DNA from: Camelus dromedarius
Taxonomy: Eukaryota
Assembly: GCF_036321535.1 (NCBI RefSeq)
Contig: NC_087437.1
Location: 69,814,001 to 69,878,000 of the forward strand
DNA: 64,000 bases
Direction of reading: 5' to 3'
Below, piece by piece: positions 13,161 through 27,110 of this stretch. The position numbers were made by a program, and so were the translations under genes. Position 1 is the first letter of the stretch, and each line of letters opens with the position of its first letter. The notes under the pieces were generated by a model that made no database searches, had not been told where the DNA came from, and saw only the letters and a program-made list of their open reading frames with translations.

Positions 13161-14506
13161 TATCATCGTCAGTATGATTGTTGCTATTGCAGTTATTCAA
13201 TGGTGAGGACTTAATAAGCCAACACCAGACCAAAGACTGAGTAATTCAAAGCTATCTAATATGCATTAGGTTGGCTTCACATGTTAATTAAAGCTTGAGT
13301 TAATATTAGAAATATAGAGTCACCATTGTCTTTGTGAGGAAGCCTCAATTAATTATAGGAGCTCAATAAACATACAGGGCGTGTGATACATTCATATGGA
13401 TTTATTCCAGATGAATGGCTTCGGGGTGGGCCTGGAAATAACAATCTCCACTTCGATTTCTGGGCTGCCTACAACAGCCGTCCCTGCCACTCAAGGCTTC
13501 AGGAGACGCTCACATGGTCTCCTGAATGCCTTGCACCCCACTCAGTGACAGGGGGACAAATGGCTGCTGTCTCACCACAAAAGCCCCTTCCCATCTCCTC
13601 CACCCTCCGGCCGGCCCACCAAGCACGTGCCAGCAATGAGCTGCCTGCCTCACTGGGATCCTCAGCTCCATTAATAAGCCCTGCAAGGCTGATAATTGGG
13701 GATTTGTGGAGCCGGCAGTCTTTCAATAAGCCAGGTTGTTATGGAAACCAGAGGCAGACCTCCATGTCCATGCTATTGATCCTAAATAAAATAAAATAAT
13801 AGTGTGATGGAAATAATCCATGCTCTCCTCCCCCACCCCATCATTTTATTTTAGAAGTTCACCTCCAATTTGCACACAGGAGAATTCACAACTCTTCTCT
13901 CCTTTGGTCTCCTTCTCAGCACTCCCCTACCCCTTTCTTAATTACAACTGAATGTTTTTTCACCTCTAGCAAAAAGTCAGCTGAGCAGGGTACTACAGGA
14001 ACACCCGAATAGACGCTCAGAATCTAATTTAACACCACGGCATTCATTCTGATTAGCTGAGCCAAGAATTCAGTGATGAATATCAATGTGCTTTTCCTGT
14101 CATTAAAATAAATAAATAAATAATAATTGAACAGGATTAAAAAATGGCCTCAGAGTCTCACTGGCCTCTCAGGAGGTATTGTTTGGTAGCACGATGGCGA
14201 CCACCCACCATGAGTCATGGCACTGTGTTCAGTGAAAGGAGTGTCCAGCTCTCAAACTGTCAAAGGGGAGTGTTTCCTTGGACTACTTTTAAAAATTAGC
14301 TGACAATCTCCTTACAATAAAAATCTGATTACTCCTTCTGGTTAATGAATTTGGGCATGGTGCCAGACCATACCTGACTGGTAAGCCCCGTAAATAGCAC
14401 TAAATGAATCCAGCCTGGAGGCTGCTGTGGGCCCAGAAGCACCTATTCAGCCCCTAGGTGCAAAGACCAGGACACCATTGTTTCCTGCTGAACTTCCCAT
14501 CTCCCC

Positions 14507-14520
14507 CCAGCAGAGGGCAC
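14507..14520 (+). promoter_or_regulatory. CTCF core motif
   Basis: CCAGCAGAGGGCAC matches the CTCF core CCASYAGRKGGCRS. Motif only; binding not shown. Confidence 0.55.
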
Positions 14521-17500
14521 CAGCGTAATTCCGTTCCCAGCCGTGGAGCCTGGGTGGAAGGCAAAGTCAGGACGCTCTCCAGGAAGAAACGGCTGCGGGC
14601 AAGGGACAGAGCGATGCAATAGGGTTGGAACAACCTACTGTGATTGGTTCTACTTTTAAGCTGTCCTGACATTATTTTTTCTTTTTCCGTCCTTTAGCAA
14701 TGATTAAAAGCTCAGTCTAAGTGCTGTTCACTGAAGCCACTTTTAACGCATAAACTAAAATTGTTATTGGTCTTTGAACTGAATCAGTAAGTGTAGACTG
14801 CTTTGCGTAGACCTTGTAGAAACATCAGAGCATTCTTGGAGCAAAAATATTACAATAAAGTAAAAACTTCAGTCACCCTCGATTATCCCTCTATTAACTG
14901 CTGCACGAAGAGTGAAGTCCTCTAACCACGTTAAGGCTTTTTAATAAGCAGGCCCAGTATAACCCACCTTCCCACACTGACATGAGTGACTGGACCAGAA
15001 TCTTCACCAACACTCCATAATGATGTTCATTTCTTTCCTTTGGCCCCTACCCATCATCCTGACCTCTGAATTCCTTCTTTGCAATCACAATTTGCAGCCT
15101 GCAAGCATGCACTTACTTATATTGGTCTTGACTGGTCTTGGATTTTTTTTTTAAGATTCCTATTTTTTTCTCAGCCAGATTGCAACTTCCATGACAACAG
15201 GTATTCACTATTATGTGTCTGTATCCCCCACAGTGCCTAGTGCAGTATGGAAGTTATGCATATTAATAAGTAAAGACAGTCTTGGGACATCTAGGTTTAT
15301 CTCCTTTTTTCTGCAGCTAACTCATTATGTGACCACGGACAGACCATGCAAACTGAATCCCAGAGCGTGTTTCCTCTTACGTTAAAATACACAACAATAC
15401 AACATCTCCTGGAGAGTGTTCGAGGACAGTGGATCTTAATCTTTGTGTGTCGTGGTCCCAGCTGAGTATCTGATGAAAGACAAGGTCATGGGAATATCAT
15501 CCATGTTCACTCACAGTATAACATGTTGCAAATAATTTCAGAGGTTTAAAGGCCCCTTCTGAAGACCACCCAGTTCCCAGGTATAGGAGATTTTTAAGTT
15601 CCCTCGTAGGTCTAAGTTTGTAAGATTGAAATCCAAGATGTAACAATTTATAGCTGATATCTACCTAGAAAAAGTGTATTAGCTATATCCCTTAAGGGAC
15701 CCCAAGATTTTCTATTGAATCCCTAGATGGCAGTTTCTCAGGGACCAATTACATGGAGCCTAAATTAATCTTAACATCACTACCTGGTGGCCTTGGCTGA
15801 CTTCCAAGCTCCATCATTACTGATAATGTGAGGACCTGTAATCTTTCTGAGCTACAAGGTAAGACAAATAGAAAAGTCTCAGACTCCCAGAAGAGACTGC
15901 AAATCATTATGTGTCTCTCTTGCCGGCCATAAAACATGTCCTATTTGCCCATTCATTTTCTTTATAAAATCAGAGGTGTAGTGCCAAGGGAAAAAAAAGT
16001 TTCCCAACAGCTTCTGTTGAAAGAAACCAGAAACAATGGTGACTTTCTATTAGACACTTACTATCTTACTATGTGTTCAATAAAATATCATAGTAGGCAC
16101 GTTACATGGGGTCTACTTAGTACCAGCAACTACCAAGTTCAGCAGCAAAGATACTATATGATTTCACAGATGACAAAACTGATGCTGAGCTAGTAGTATA
16201 AAGCCTTTGATTCAGACGTACGCAGTCCAGTGCCAACGTCTATGATCTTCCCCTTGCACTGCAGTCCTCCAAGGAAGGAAGCTGCCTAAATCCTCGGCTG
16301 TTGCAATTCTCTGTCAACTCTTGCAGTATCCATTAAGTAATGCACTTTTCTTTTGTAGTACTTTATGCTCTGATATATGTTACTTTAGTTCACCAAAAAA
16401 AAAAGAGAAAAAAGTGGTTATTTATTTACTGGACAAAAGAATCTTTTCCACCAACTATTTTACGCATGAAAATATGACAGAAGATCCCTGCTTTTACTAT
16501 CTCCAATTTGGAGAGCTGTCCAGAGGATTTCCATATGGGAAGAGGGGAGTATTTCAGGTTATCAGAAAAAATGGTAAAGCAGAATGATGTTCTCTGAAGA
16601 CCTACTCTGCATCAGGTTCTTTTAATACGTTACATTATTAAATCCTCACAACAACTATTGAGGGCAATGTTATTATCTCCATCTTATGCATAAAGAGACT
16701 GGGGAGTTAAACAAATCATGAAAGGCACATGGGGAGAACCCAGGATGCTGTGATTCCAAAACTCTTTCCCTAGGATGCGTTCAAAGTAAAAAATGTTTCT
16801 GAAACCTGCCTTGGAATACAGAATGATTAGGATGAAAAGAAGCCTCCTTTTAAACTTGTGGGGCAGTGAAGCGCACCTCGCCTCTTCTTTCTGTGCCTGG
16901 GTGCCAGCAGAGGCAGGGCCCGTGGCTTTGCTGAGGCTGCACTGGCTGGGGGACTGACGCTGCAGAAGGGTTCCAGCAACAGTGAGTGGAGTGTGTAGTG
17001 GGGGGTGTCTTCTCCTTGGGGAGCCGGGCTCCATCTGCCACTTAGATCTGCTCGGAGACAGAAAATCCACTTGCCAGGGAGTCCTTTAGGGCCTGCTATT
17101 TGTGAAGTCAAGAATAGAGTGCTGGACACCTGAAAACCTTACCCTCTTACCAGAGAAGAAGGTAAGAGTGTCCTGCTCACTCCACAGGGGATGCTAGCCG
17201 CAGAGGGACCCCACATCACTCAGTGCTCAGTGCCTCTCCTCTGCCCCCGTCACCACCCCTCCAGTCCTGCTTTCCCCAGGCTTCATGCTCCTGCTTCTTT
17301 CTCTTCTCTGCCTTCTCTTCTTTCTTTACTTCTTTTTATTCTTTCTCCCTCCTCTGAAGCTTCCACGTCTTGTCCTCTTCTACTTTTCCTCTTCCGTTTC
17401 CCTCTCCCATTTTCTACTCCATTCTTCATCCCTTCTCTTTCACCTTTCCTCTTTATTCAGTAAAGAGCCGCCACCCACGCCCCACCTGGTGCTTCCTAGG

Positions 17501-17754
17501 GACCCGAACTTCTAACACTCTGACCAGTTTCCCTTCTGAGCCAAACAGCCTCCCCCAGATGCAGAGTGTCTGGGTGCCTGGGTGATAGGTCATGGAAAAG
17601 AGGTTGCTGATTTACTAAAGTCTATGAGAGTTGGGCTGTAAGCAATAAAATCATACTCCTGTCTAAAAAATTCTTAGCTTTTTTGGTGGGTCTTCACATT
17701 TGAAAAATAAAATGATTCCACTTCTTGAAGGAGTAAGAAACAAACTAACTTCCC

Positions 17755-18205
17755 TGATGCTAAAACTGCTGATTCCTTCTAAGAAACCCTGAAGTTTGCT
17801 TTTTCCCCCTCACTGCTTTTGTGCTAAGTAACCTCCGAACTTCAATACAATAGTTTTAACCCAGAGGCTATGCCCGGGGAAGAAGGTAATGGGACGATAA
17901 CCTCAGAAGAATGGACAGACCCTCTGCAGTTCCCCCAGGACCAGAGAGATTCATGGAGGTTAAGTGGAATGTAGCAGCACCCTGCGAAGCACCTGATTAT
18001 CACCTTTTCTGTTCCATCCAGTTTTTTTCTGTAAGACTTCAAGACCTCCCACTCCAGGATGGATCCCCAGCCTCTAAGGCACGGGCCCGCTGTGACATCC
18101 CTCTGCCTGGCAAAGCAATACAGCTGTTCTTTTCTAATCCTCCCAAAACTCGGCCTCCGAGTCTCAATCCGTCTTCGGGGTGCAGAGGCCGGTTTTGCGG
18201 CAACA
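17755..18205 (+). mobile_element. Solo LTR, 451 bp, with 5-bp TSD
   Basis: Starts TGATGCTAAAAC and ends GTTTTGCGGCAACA (imperfect terminal inverted repeat). Flanked by TTCCC at 17750..17754 and 18206..18210. LTR-like 3' part cctggcaaagcaatacagctgttcttttct carries a decayed poly(A) signal. Confidence 0.8.
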
Positions 18206-18269
18206 TTCCCAAGCTACATATGAAAAGAAGTCCCTCCACAGAGGAAATTCACATTATGAGTTAATCGGT

Positions 18270-18920
18270 GATGTCCATTAAGGACTATCTCTGTGCTGGG
18301 GTCCATTCTGAGAACTGGGGATACCCTGCTGAAGGATGCCAAGCCCCTGCCTTCAGGAAACGGAAAGTCTAGTGAAAGATTGATAAATACATCACTTTAG
18401 GCACTAAGAGTAATACAAAGAACACAAATTGGATAACGTGGTAGAACTGTTGGGGCTGGCAGGGGTGGTGCTGTTCTGGTCAAATGGTCAAGAACGCCTT
18501 CTCTGAGCAAACGGTATGCAAATGGAGACCTCAGGGCTAAGAGGCAGCCATGGGAAGACCAAGGGAGAAAGCAAATGCAATGGCCCTGAGATAGGAACAA
18601 GCTGTGTGTTCAGGAGACCCTAAGAAATGTGGCTGAGGAGGGGAGGGTATAGCTCAGTGGCAGAGTGCATGCCTAGAATGCACGAGGTCCTGGGTTCAAT
18701 TACCAGTACCTCCATTAAATAAATAAACCTAATTACCTACCCCCACCCCATTAAAAAAAAAAAAAGAAAACATTAAAAGAAATGTGGGCTTGCTGGGGAA
18801 GAGAGAAGAAGAGTAGGACACATGATCAGAGAGAGAAGCCGAAGTTGGGTCAATGCGGCCTTGTAGGCCATGGTTATAACTGAGATTTCATTCCAAAGGT
18901 AAGCGCTTAAAGGTTTTGCA
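18270..18920 (-). mobile_element. LINE-2 fragment interrupted by a SINE
   Basis: L2-like motifs on both sides of the SINE (ctggggataccctgctgaag..., gcaaatgcaatggccctgagatagga, ggccttgtaggccatggt). Confidence 0.6.
18635..18776 (+). mobile_element. tRNA-Ala-derived SINE (camelid vic-1-like)
   Basis: ggggagggtatagctcagtggcagagtgcatgcctagaatgcacgaggtcctgggttcaattaccagtacctcca (A and B boxes), then aaataaacctaattacc and an A tail. TSD aagaaatgtgg at 18622..18632 and 18777..18787. Confidence 0.88.
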
Positions 18921-21116
18921 TAGGGTATTTGTATGCAAAGGTATAAGTCTGTAACTTTGTATGAGTGGTCTTCAAGCAGTCTGTTGGAAATTATAAGAAG
19001 TCAAAGCCTTTCTAACCCTAAGCCTGAGATTATTGTGCCGTTATTGGATCTACTCCTTTCACCCAGGTGGGCTGTTTCTTGACATGATATTAATCATTCA
19101 AGTGACATTTAGGATGTTAATCTCTGACTCTATTGCACACGGTGTTTCCTTTTTGGTATCCTCTTAGACAGAGGCACAGACAGCTATTATTCACTGGGGT
19201 TGCAGAGTGAGTGGAAGAAGGAAAGGTGATGGATTTTTTAGAATTCTTGAGACAGATTTTAGGCTTTAGCTTTCTAGAAATCTTATTTTTGTGGCTATTT
19301 CAAAATTACATAGATGGAATTCCTTAAGTGGTAGCTCATCAGAGAGAATGTTTTGTTTATACAATTATGTTGCCAATTGGAGTAGAAATAAAAAATATTG
19401 TTGCATTGTTAATCTGTTTCTTTTGCTTAAAGACCCAGAAGCTATGGATGTCGTAATTTTATTTAGCCTTGGTTAGTAATCCTGGGTGAGTCACCTAACT
19501 TCCTTTCTTCTTTTTCTTTTTAAAACAATTTGCACTATAAATCAATGATTATTGAATATGAACCATCCGAACAATTTCTACTTGAATTTGAACAATCAGA
19601 ATTTAGACAAGTCCTATAATATGTCTGGGAAGATCATCAGTTAGTAAGACGAACAATTCAATCAGAGCATAGAGTGGATGCCTGAATGAAAAGCTGAGTT
19701 CTGAATCACGCCCAGTTGAGTTTTAATCACGCCACAACTCAAGGACTTTTGAGGTTGGCCTTAAGTTTACAACATAATTTTCAATTATTATCAGTTAAAA
19801 TGCCAGAGTTTTCCTAAGATCCAGAAATAGTCAGTGGAGGAATAGGGGATTATGGGATGGTGGAGGACCCAGAGCTCCACCATCCTGGCCTCTGTAAGAC
19901 AACCCAGTTCCCAGAAACCACTTCCGTGGTGCTACTCCCTGGAAATTTAAAGGCTCCAAGGAAAACAACCCAAAATTCACTGATGTAGGGTTTTAAAACA
20001 AGGCTTTAGAAAATAAAATTTTACTAATAAAAATAAAATAAAGCTATTTAGAAATAAATAATATATACAAAGTATATTATTTATAAAATAAATTTTGCAT
20101 GACCTCCATACTACTTGGAACCAAAATAAAATAGAACATAGTTTAATGTACCTGACACTGTGCCTAGAGGTTACTCAGACCAAACCTATCTATGACGAAC
20201 AATTGGACTATAATATGGGGATGGGGAGTTTTTTGACCTTCTAAATAGTATACATAATTTACTACTTAATCAGCGTGGCTGTAGTCAGCCACACTCACTG
20301 TGAAGACCAGCTTCAGTGAGTGAGACTGACAGGTTCAGGTCCAACTTGACCATTTCTCTGGCCACATGTGGAAATAAGTCAGTAAGAGAAGTTTCTTAAA
20401 TTTGTATATTTCAAACTATCCTTCAGAGCCCAGAGAAGGTCCATTTAGAGGCGAGGGATAGAAGCAGAGTTAAAAGGACTTCTGGGCCTCTCCAGGCATC
20501 TCCATTCCCCCACCATTCTCAACCAGTTCAGCTCTGCCCAGGGTTCAGTATGTATATTTGAGACTTACTTGAACAAATGATGCCCAGGCTAAAAATTTTA
20601 AAAACTTTACTTTTTAATAATTACTAATCTGATTCTACCGCCTGTCAATTCATCATTTCACAATGTTCCACTTAGAATTAAAAGCATCATTTCACTGAAA
20701 ATTATGTTGAGGAAAGGAAAGAGGTCACCCCTCCTCTGCATTAGAAGTTAGAAAAGCCAGCCATGGCCGCAATTCAGTCTGAATGCTGCACTCATCTCTG
20801 AAAAGATAAAAGGCCTTTCAATTCATTAAAAACATGCAGCTCAGATCACACTTTTGAGGCGATATCCATCCATCCCTTTAGTACCAATTTTTACAACTCT
20901 AAACTTTACCCTTTTTCTTAACCTTTATATAAGTGTACGATGCACAACAGAAATCACTACAGATATTAAAACTAGTTCTAAAGGCATCCATATATGTATA
21001 TAAGTGGGTGTTATAAATTGGTATTTATGTGTTTGGGTACTGATAATTATTGTTCTGGTATTTTAGTTACCAAAAGTAAAGTGTATTAAATTATTAAAAT
21101 ATATTGATTTGGGATA

Positions 21117-21327
21117 CAATGGAGCTGACTCCTGTTGGCTACTGAGAGCAAGTCGTTAGCATCACTTCCCAACTGTGAGTTCAGTGACAATACACTGGTA
21201 GCCTGAAATCAGCCGTGATGGGAGTGTTTACAACAAACATTACAAATCAGGGCTTTCTGAATTGGGGTTTTGTAGGTTTTTGTTTGTTTGTTTGTTTGTT
21301 GAGAGCCAGTTTACCAGCACATCACTG
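21117..21327 (+). mobile_element. MER63-like hAT DNA transposon relic
   Basis: ttcagtgac...ggtagcctgaaatcagccgtgatgggagtgtttaca...tacaaatcagggct, with terminal ttaccagcacatcactg. Confidence 0.7.
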
Positions 21328-24116
21328 GAGACATCTGATTAAAACCATACCACCAACCTCAAATGATTTATCTTTTACGCTTTTTTAAAAAATTGCAACA
21401 TGTATCCATGTATAGTCACAATCATCATATACCTCAAGGCAAATGGTCAGGCAATGACCAAAACAAATATAGGGAGAGAATGGGAAAGAGAAATATTATT
21501 TAATAATGCCCAAACTGTGATAAATGCTTGTTCTAACTCAAATGTCAAATGTAACTTTTGGTGGAGACTCCTGATGAGATAAGCATGTAACCAGAAATCC
21601 AGATTAGTTCTGAATGTGAAAAACAATTTTTTCATTTATTGTGTGGTACTCTTGCAAAAACCTGCTTTATCAGGATGTTGGGAAAACAGAGAAGGGTTTC
21701 CCCTCATAGATTTTCCAAAAGCAGTATGTAATTTGACAACCGCACCCAACTTCTAGCCAGACCACTCTCAGAGCACTACAAACACACTGGTACACCTCAA
21801 GTGTCTACTTTTCTACTGGGAAGGAAGCATACCCAAACAGCTAATCAGAATGTGACAGGGTTTTGCTTTGGTTTTTACCTTCTGTTTTTCTTTTTTTAAA
21901 AAAACTGGCTAGAAAGAGGAAACTGGCTTCTGTCTTCCAATAGAAGCCAGGTTCTCCTCTCCCACCTACTACAGTTAAACCATCTGCACTAAAGGAGAAG
22001 GAAGGAGGGAGACAAGCATCTTTCACGGCTGCTTTTCTCTCTCTGAGGATCTGATTACACCAGTGGGGAGAGGGCTGCAACCACACTGCTAAACCCTGGC
22101 CTTGCGTAGCCCTTTAAATTGAACTGGACACAGTTTCACAAAGTGGAGTCCTTTCTGTCTTTTTATCAAATCCGTGAGAGTTGCTTCAAGTTACAGTTTA
22201 TATGTGGGGAGAAGTCTATTCAGTCTCCCAGCCCAACGTTCCCTGTGGCCTGCCGTGTGAACGGCTCACAAGCTGTACACGCATGCTGTTTGCACTACTG
22301 CGGAAAAGGAGAACGGGCAGCAGGAGAGGGAAAGCCTGTTTTCTGGTCTCTGTCCCAACACCATGGGTTTGGGAACATATTAACAATTCATCCTATAGTG
22401 GGGCTCAGCAGGTTCAGCAGACTCGGAACACCTTGCAGAGATTACTTAAACATGTCAGATGAGGAAAAGGAGCCAAGAAGCCTGGCAGAGCATTCCTTCC
22501 CTGGGTGTACCTGTCACACACTGGCAAGAGCCACACACAGGTCACTCATGGGGCTGAAATGAAATTAATCACCTGCTTTCAGAAGGGAGCAGCTTTGGTT
22601 TCCTCTAGTTCTCAATATGTTTCTGAACAGAATGCAAAATGCTCACCGTGGTCTCTGAAGCCCTCAGTGGTTTGAATTCTGGCTACCTCGGGGGTGACGT
22701 GTGCCCCTGAGTAACCACAAAACTTCCCAATGAGCTTCCGTATTCAGCTTCCAAAACAGAAGAAAAGTTGGCAGCAGCACAGCTTTCTGCCTGAGCCAGT
22801 GTCTGCCTCCCCCTGTCACTTAGAATCAGCAGAAAGGTTGGGATGTGTCGTAACGGCACTGTCGAGCTACTTTAGAAATAGCAGTGATTCTGAAATCCTC
22901 TGTCCAACATGTTTGTTTCATGAAAGGGTCTGCTTACGCTCAAAGAATTCAAATAATTTACGTGCCCAAAGTTAGAATTAGATTAAGGTTAGAATCTAGT
23001 CTTTTAAGTCAGCTTAGGATTTTTCTCTACTGTGATAACATTGTTCATTCATCCTTAACTCATTCATCAAGTACTTACTGGTTGCCTTCTGTTTCCCACT
23101 GAAAAAGGCGCGGGGGATTCCACAATAAACAACACATATGCTAGTGCTGCTTTTCCCACTCTGGGTTAATCTTCAAAAGCTACTGCTGAATTACAACTTG
23201 AATGAAATTATTTATATTTCAGTGTTAATTTGAATGAAAGGTGGTTTCTCAACTTTTTTTAAAAAATAAAAGACACCTTTTTTTATTAGATACATCTTGT
23301 CCTTCAAGACTCAGTAACTACACCAAGAAGTCTTCCTGGACTATCTCCCCTTAATTAGCCTAAGCAGGCTTTGATTTTCATCCACTATAGATTTCATCAC
23401 AGGTAGCCTTAGTCCTAACACCTCACTCTTTCCATCTCGCTGTAGATCCACAAACACATCTCAATAACACAACCAGCAGCGAAAGGAGCGTTAGTGTTCA
23501 CACACACCCTCCAAGAGACAGAGAGAGGTGCCTGGAGCCACTCCCCACCTCACTTCTTGTTGACCTGAAGAGTGAAAAAAGCATGAAGTTCATTGTTCTT
23601 CCAGACTTTCTCCGATGGCCTGAACTCCTAGACAGGCCTTTCGCTACATACTGAGTCTGTGTGTGTGTGTTTGTATGTGTCCATATGTGTTTGTGAGTTG
23701 GCAGAAAAGTACGCTATAGGCACAGATACAGTGCTTGAGCATATCTGAATCATATTCTTCACTTCTTCATACCCCAAGGCAAACAGAATATTCTTGCAGG
23801 GCTGTAAGCATGATTGTCTCCACTCTGAGAGACACACACACAGATGGGACCATTTAGATGAGTGGTTTCTAGTTTCTATTCCAAAATCCAAAATATTCTA
23901 CCAACTCATACTGGGAAAAAAATATTAACAAAAAACTAGCCTCCGGACTTACTTGACCATATATATGCCTCCAGGAAAGAACATTAATATTGAACATGAT
24001 TTATAAGGAAAGGCAAATAGCCCTCCTAGGGTCCTTTCTTTTCCCCTGAAGATACTGCAGTTTCCATTCCGAACAGAATGGTGTGAGATGATTGAACTAA
24101 CGTATTTCATCTGTTA

Positions 24117-24330
24117 CATTAGTAATGCCTGGGGTTAAGATAGGGGTGGAAGAAAGAAAAGTAAGTGACTGATTGCTAGTGGGTACAGAGTTCCTTTGCG
24201 GGGTAATAAAAATGTTCTCAAATTGTTGCGATAGTTGTACAACTCTGCAAATATACTAAAAACTATTGAACTGTACATTTTTTAATAGGCGAACTGCATG
24301 TTCTGTGATTGATATCTTAATAAAGCTGTA
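24117..24330 (+). mobile_element. Old L1M-type 3' end fragment
   Basis: gggtacagagttcctttgcggggtaataaaaatgttctcaaatt...gttgtacaactctgcaaatatactaaaaactattgaactgtaca...aataaagctg. Confidence 0.75.
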
Positions 24331-25953
24331 TATTTTTTCCCCAAAAAAATAATTATTTATCTTCCAAAATCCCTTAATTTGTGGTCTGAAGATTGAAAAT
24401 ATGTGTGAGAACTGCTGAGCGATCGCACCTAACTTGTGCACCATTCACACCACCTGTTCCTGGGATGTACAGCAGCCCAATTCCGACACGTAGGCCTGGT
24501 AGCCAATTTCACTAGTGGTCAAAGAGCCAATTCCTATGACTGTAGAGTGAATAAGAGAATTGGAGGATTAGGCCTATTTATATAATTCTTACACTTTAAT
24601 GATGGTCTCCTGACAAAATCTTTTAAAAAGCTTATCAACCACAATTGTCTGCCAAAGGCATCTATTGCTCTACACAAGAATCCAAGGCTTTATACACTGT
24701 TGAAGTTGTTTTAATTATTTTCATGAAATAAGATAGGTATAAAAATAAATTAATAATAAATTAAGTCTAAGAAGAAAGTATAACTATTGACAGTAAATTA
24801 CAGCCACACTTGCTGTAGTTTTCCATCCCAGGGAGGTTAAAAGCAAGTGTCTAATCATATCAGAAAATATCACTGTCAACTGTTTATTTTAAATCTCAAG
24901 TGTAAGCTGGGTTAGCAAATTTCATTGAGATTTCCTTGCAGTCTCCTGACCCTCCATTGTAACCATCAACTTTCTTAGTGCTGTCTCTTCCTGAAATCTT
25001 TGCCTATCTATCCAGGCTTCTGTACTATCTGCCCTGTCCCTTAAGCCCACTATTTAATAGTTTATAAAATAAGAGACTACGGGAAAGTGAAAATGGTTGA
25101 GTAAGAGGCCACATACCCCCTCTTCAAAATCCCTCTCTCGTCTACCATTGCATACTTGCCTTTTGAAGCTAGAAGTCAGAGAAGACCTAGTTGAATACAC
25201 TTACTTGGCAGGTGCTAGAACTAGGCTCAGAGTGCCAAAGAGCTGTCCTGACATCATTAGCAGAATCTGAACAAGAACCTAGGTCCCTTGATTTTAGGCA
25301 GTGTTTGGTCTGTTATGCTGAAAATACAGAACATTTGCACTATGTACTTCCTATAAGATACTGGATCTATTAAAAACATGATGCTATTCATCATCGTTGT
25401 GAAAATTATTTATGGGAAATTCTTGTAAATAAGCCTCGAAGTAAATTATTTGCTTAGAAAGCCAAGCTGTGAGATTAACGCTGAAGATTTTTTGAAGAAG
25501 GCAGTGATTCAAATTTTCTTGATGATATGAATTGCTCTGAGGTTCAGCACCTGATCCAGTCACTTTCTTATGGCACAAAATCCAAACATGACTAAGAGGG
25601 CTGGCAAAACTTACACATCTTTTCAAACCTCTCCCTCCTCTTTACGCATGCTGTAAACCACACAGCCCTGGGAGATCGTCAAGGGCTCTGGTCTTGTAGC
25701 TTTAAGCAGCACTACTGGTTTCCTTCTTCCCTTCCTTTTATGAATGGTTACAGAAAGCTTTTCATTCTTTATTTAATGAAGCTATGATTGTCAGAACAAA
25801 ATAAGAGGAATGACCACTCAATGCTTTCTAGTCCATTACATCAAGTGCTCTGCTTTGTCTCCATGTTTAGCGAAATGGACTGACTTTCTGTAACTCTGGC
25901 TACTCTTGGTTCTTCCTCCTCCTCCTTTTAATCCTTTTGGAATTATGTGTATA

Positions 25954-25957
<4 letters not shown>

Positions 25958-26005
<48 letters not shown>
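25958..26005. repeat. (TG)24 microsatellite
   Basis: 48 bp of uninterrupted TG. Confidence 0.97.
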
Positions 26006-26006
<1 letters not shown>

Positions 26007-26879
26007 ATGTATGTATGTAGAGAAAAAAGAGAAAAAAATTTGATGAATATACATTAGTACCTGAAAAATATTCCACATTTTAAGAAATACTATTTGATTT
26101 TCAATTCCAAATGTAGTTTCAGCATTTAAAATCAGAGGTGTTACTTACATGCCTGTTTATTGGTTTATAAGGTGACAGTAGTTATTAAATATGAGTAATG
26201 AAAGAATGGATAAAAGGCCTCACAGTATGAATTTCTTGACTCTAAAACACATCTCTTCTTCTCTATTGTCTGCTTAAATGTTTTTGTTTGACGAGATAGT
26301 GATTGCTCTCCACACTGCCCTACTGATTAAGTTCTTTACATTATTTTAGTTACAAATGTAAAGGTATCAGGGTCCTTTGAAAATGCACTCACCAAAAAGG
26401 AGGAACAAGATATAAACTAGAAACTTAAAAGATCCTAATTCTGATAAGCTAAGTTGAGGACAGGAATTGTCTAGAATACATGAAATCACTTTCAGCTGAT
26501 TAAGCTCCGAAAATTTCAGTTTCTAAATTTCTGTTCTCCCGACATGTTTAATGGAGCCAGCAGTGATCCCGTTAAAAACAACTAATTCTAACTGATCTTC
26601 ATAGCTCTCTTAGTCTAATAAACAATATTTGAAGGATGTTCAAACTAAGAGCTCAAGTTGCAGAACTAGTTTAATATTCCCAATAATTCTGGAGTGATGG
26701 GGCTGTGAGGAAACTATGACCAAGGAGTATGCTTCGTTACTGGATACCTGTCTGTAAATACGATCGCTAGTGATTCCCAGACAAGAGTCTGGAGTACCCG
26801 ATCATACGGATGAGGGGATGTTCTTAGACATCCCGCTCATCTCATTTCTTCCTGGCTGTCAGGGTTAAATACATGACCT

Positions 26880-27110
26880 CTGTAATCAGGCTGTCAGAGT
26901 TCAGCTCTTGATTTAGCTACTTGCCAGCTGTTGAAGTTTAGGTGCCTCCATCTCGCTAAACCTCAGATTCCTCATCTGTAAAACAGGACAGGAAATTACA
27001 GCACTTACACCACAGTATGGTTCTGATGATCAAATGGGATAATCTCCACATAGCACTCAGCACAGGGTCTGACACTTAACACATGCTCATTAAGTGCTAC
27101 TTATTATAGA
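26880..27110. mobile_element. MIR SINE
   Basis: cctcagattcctcatctgtaaaacagga...tagcactcagcacagggtctgacact. Confidence 0.7.

Noticed and set aside
15332..15342. ACCACGGACAG, RE1-like
   Set aside because: The left half is absent and the context looks like a decayed MIR core.
18640..18714. Possible tRNA-Ala gene
   Set aside because: Mismatched stems, a SINE tail and a TSD show it is a retroposed SINE.
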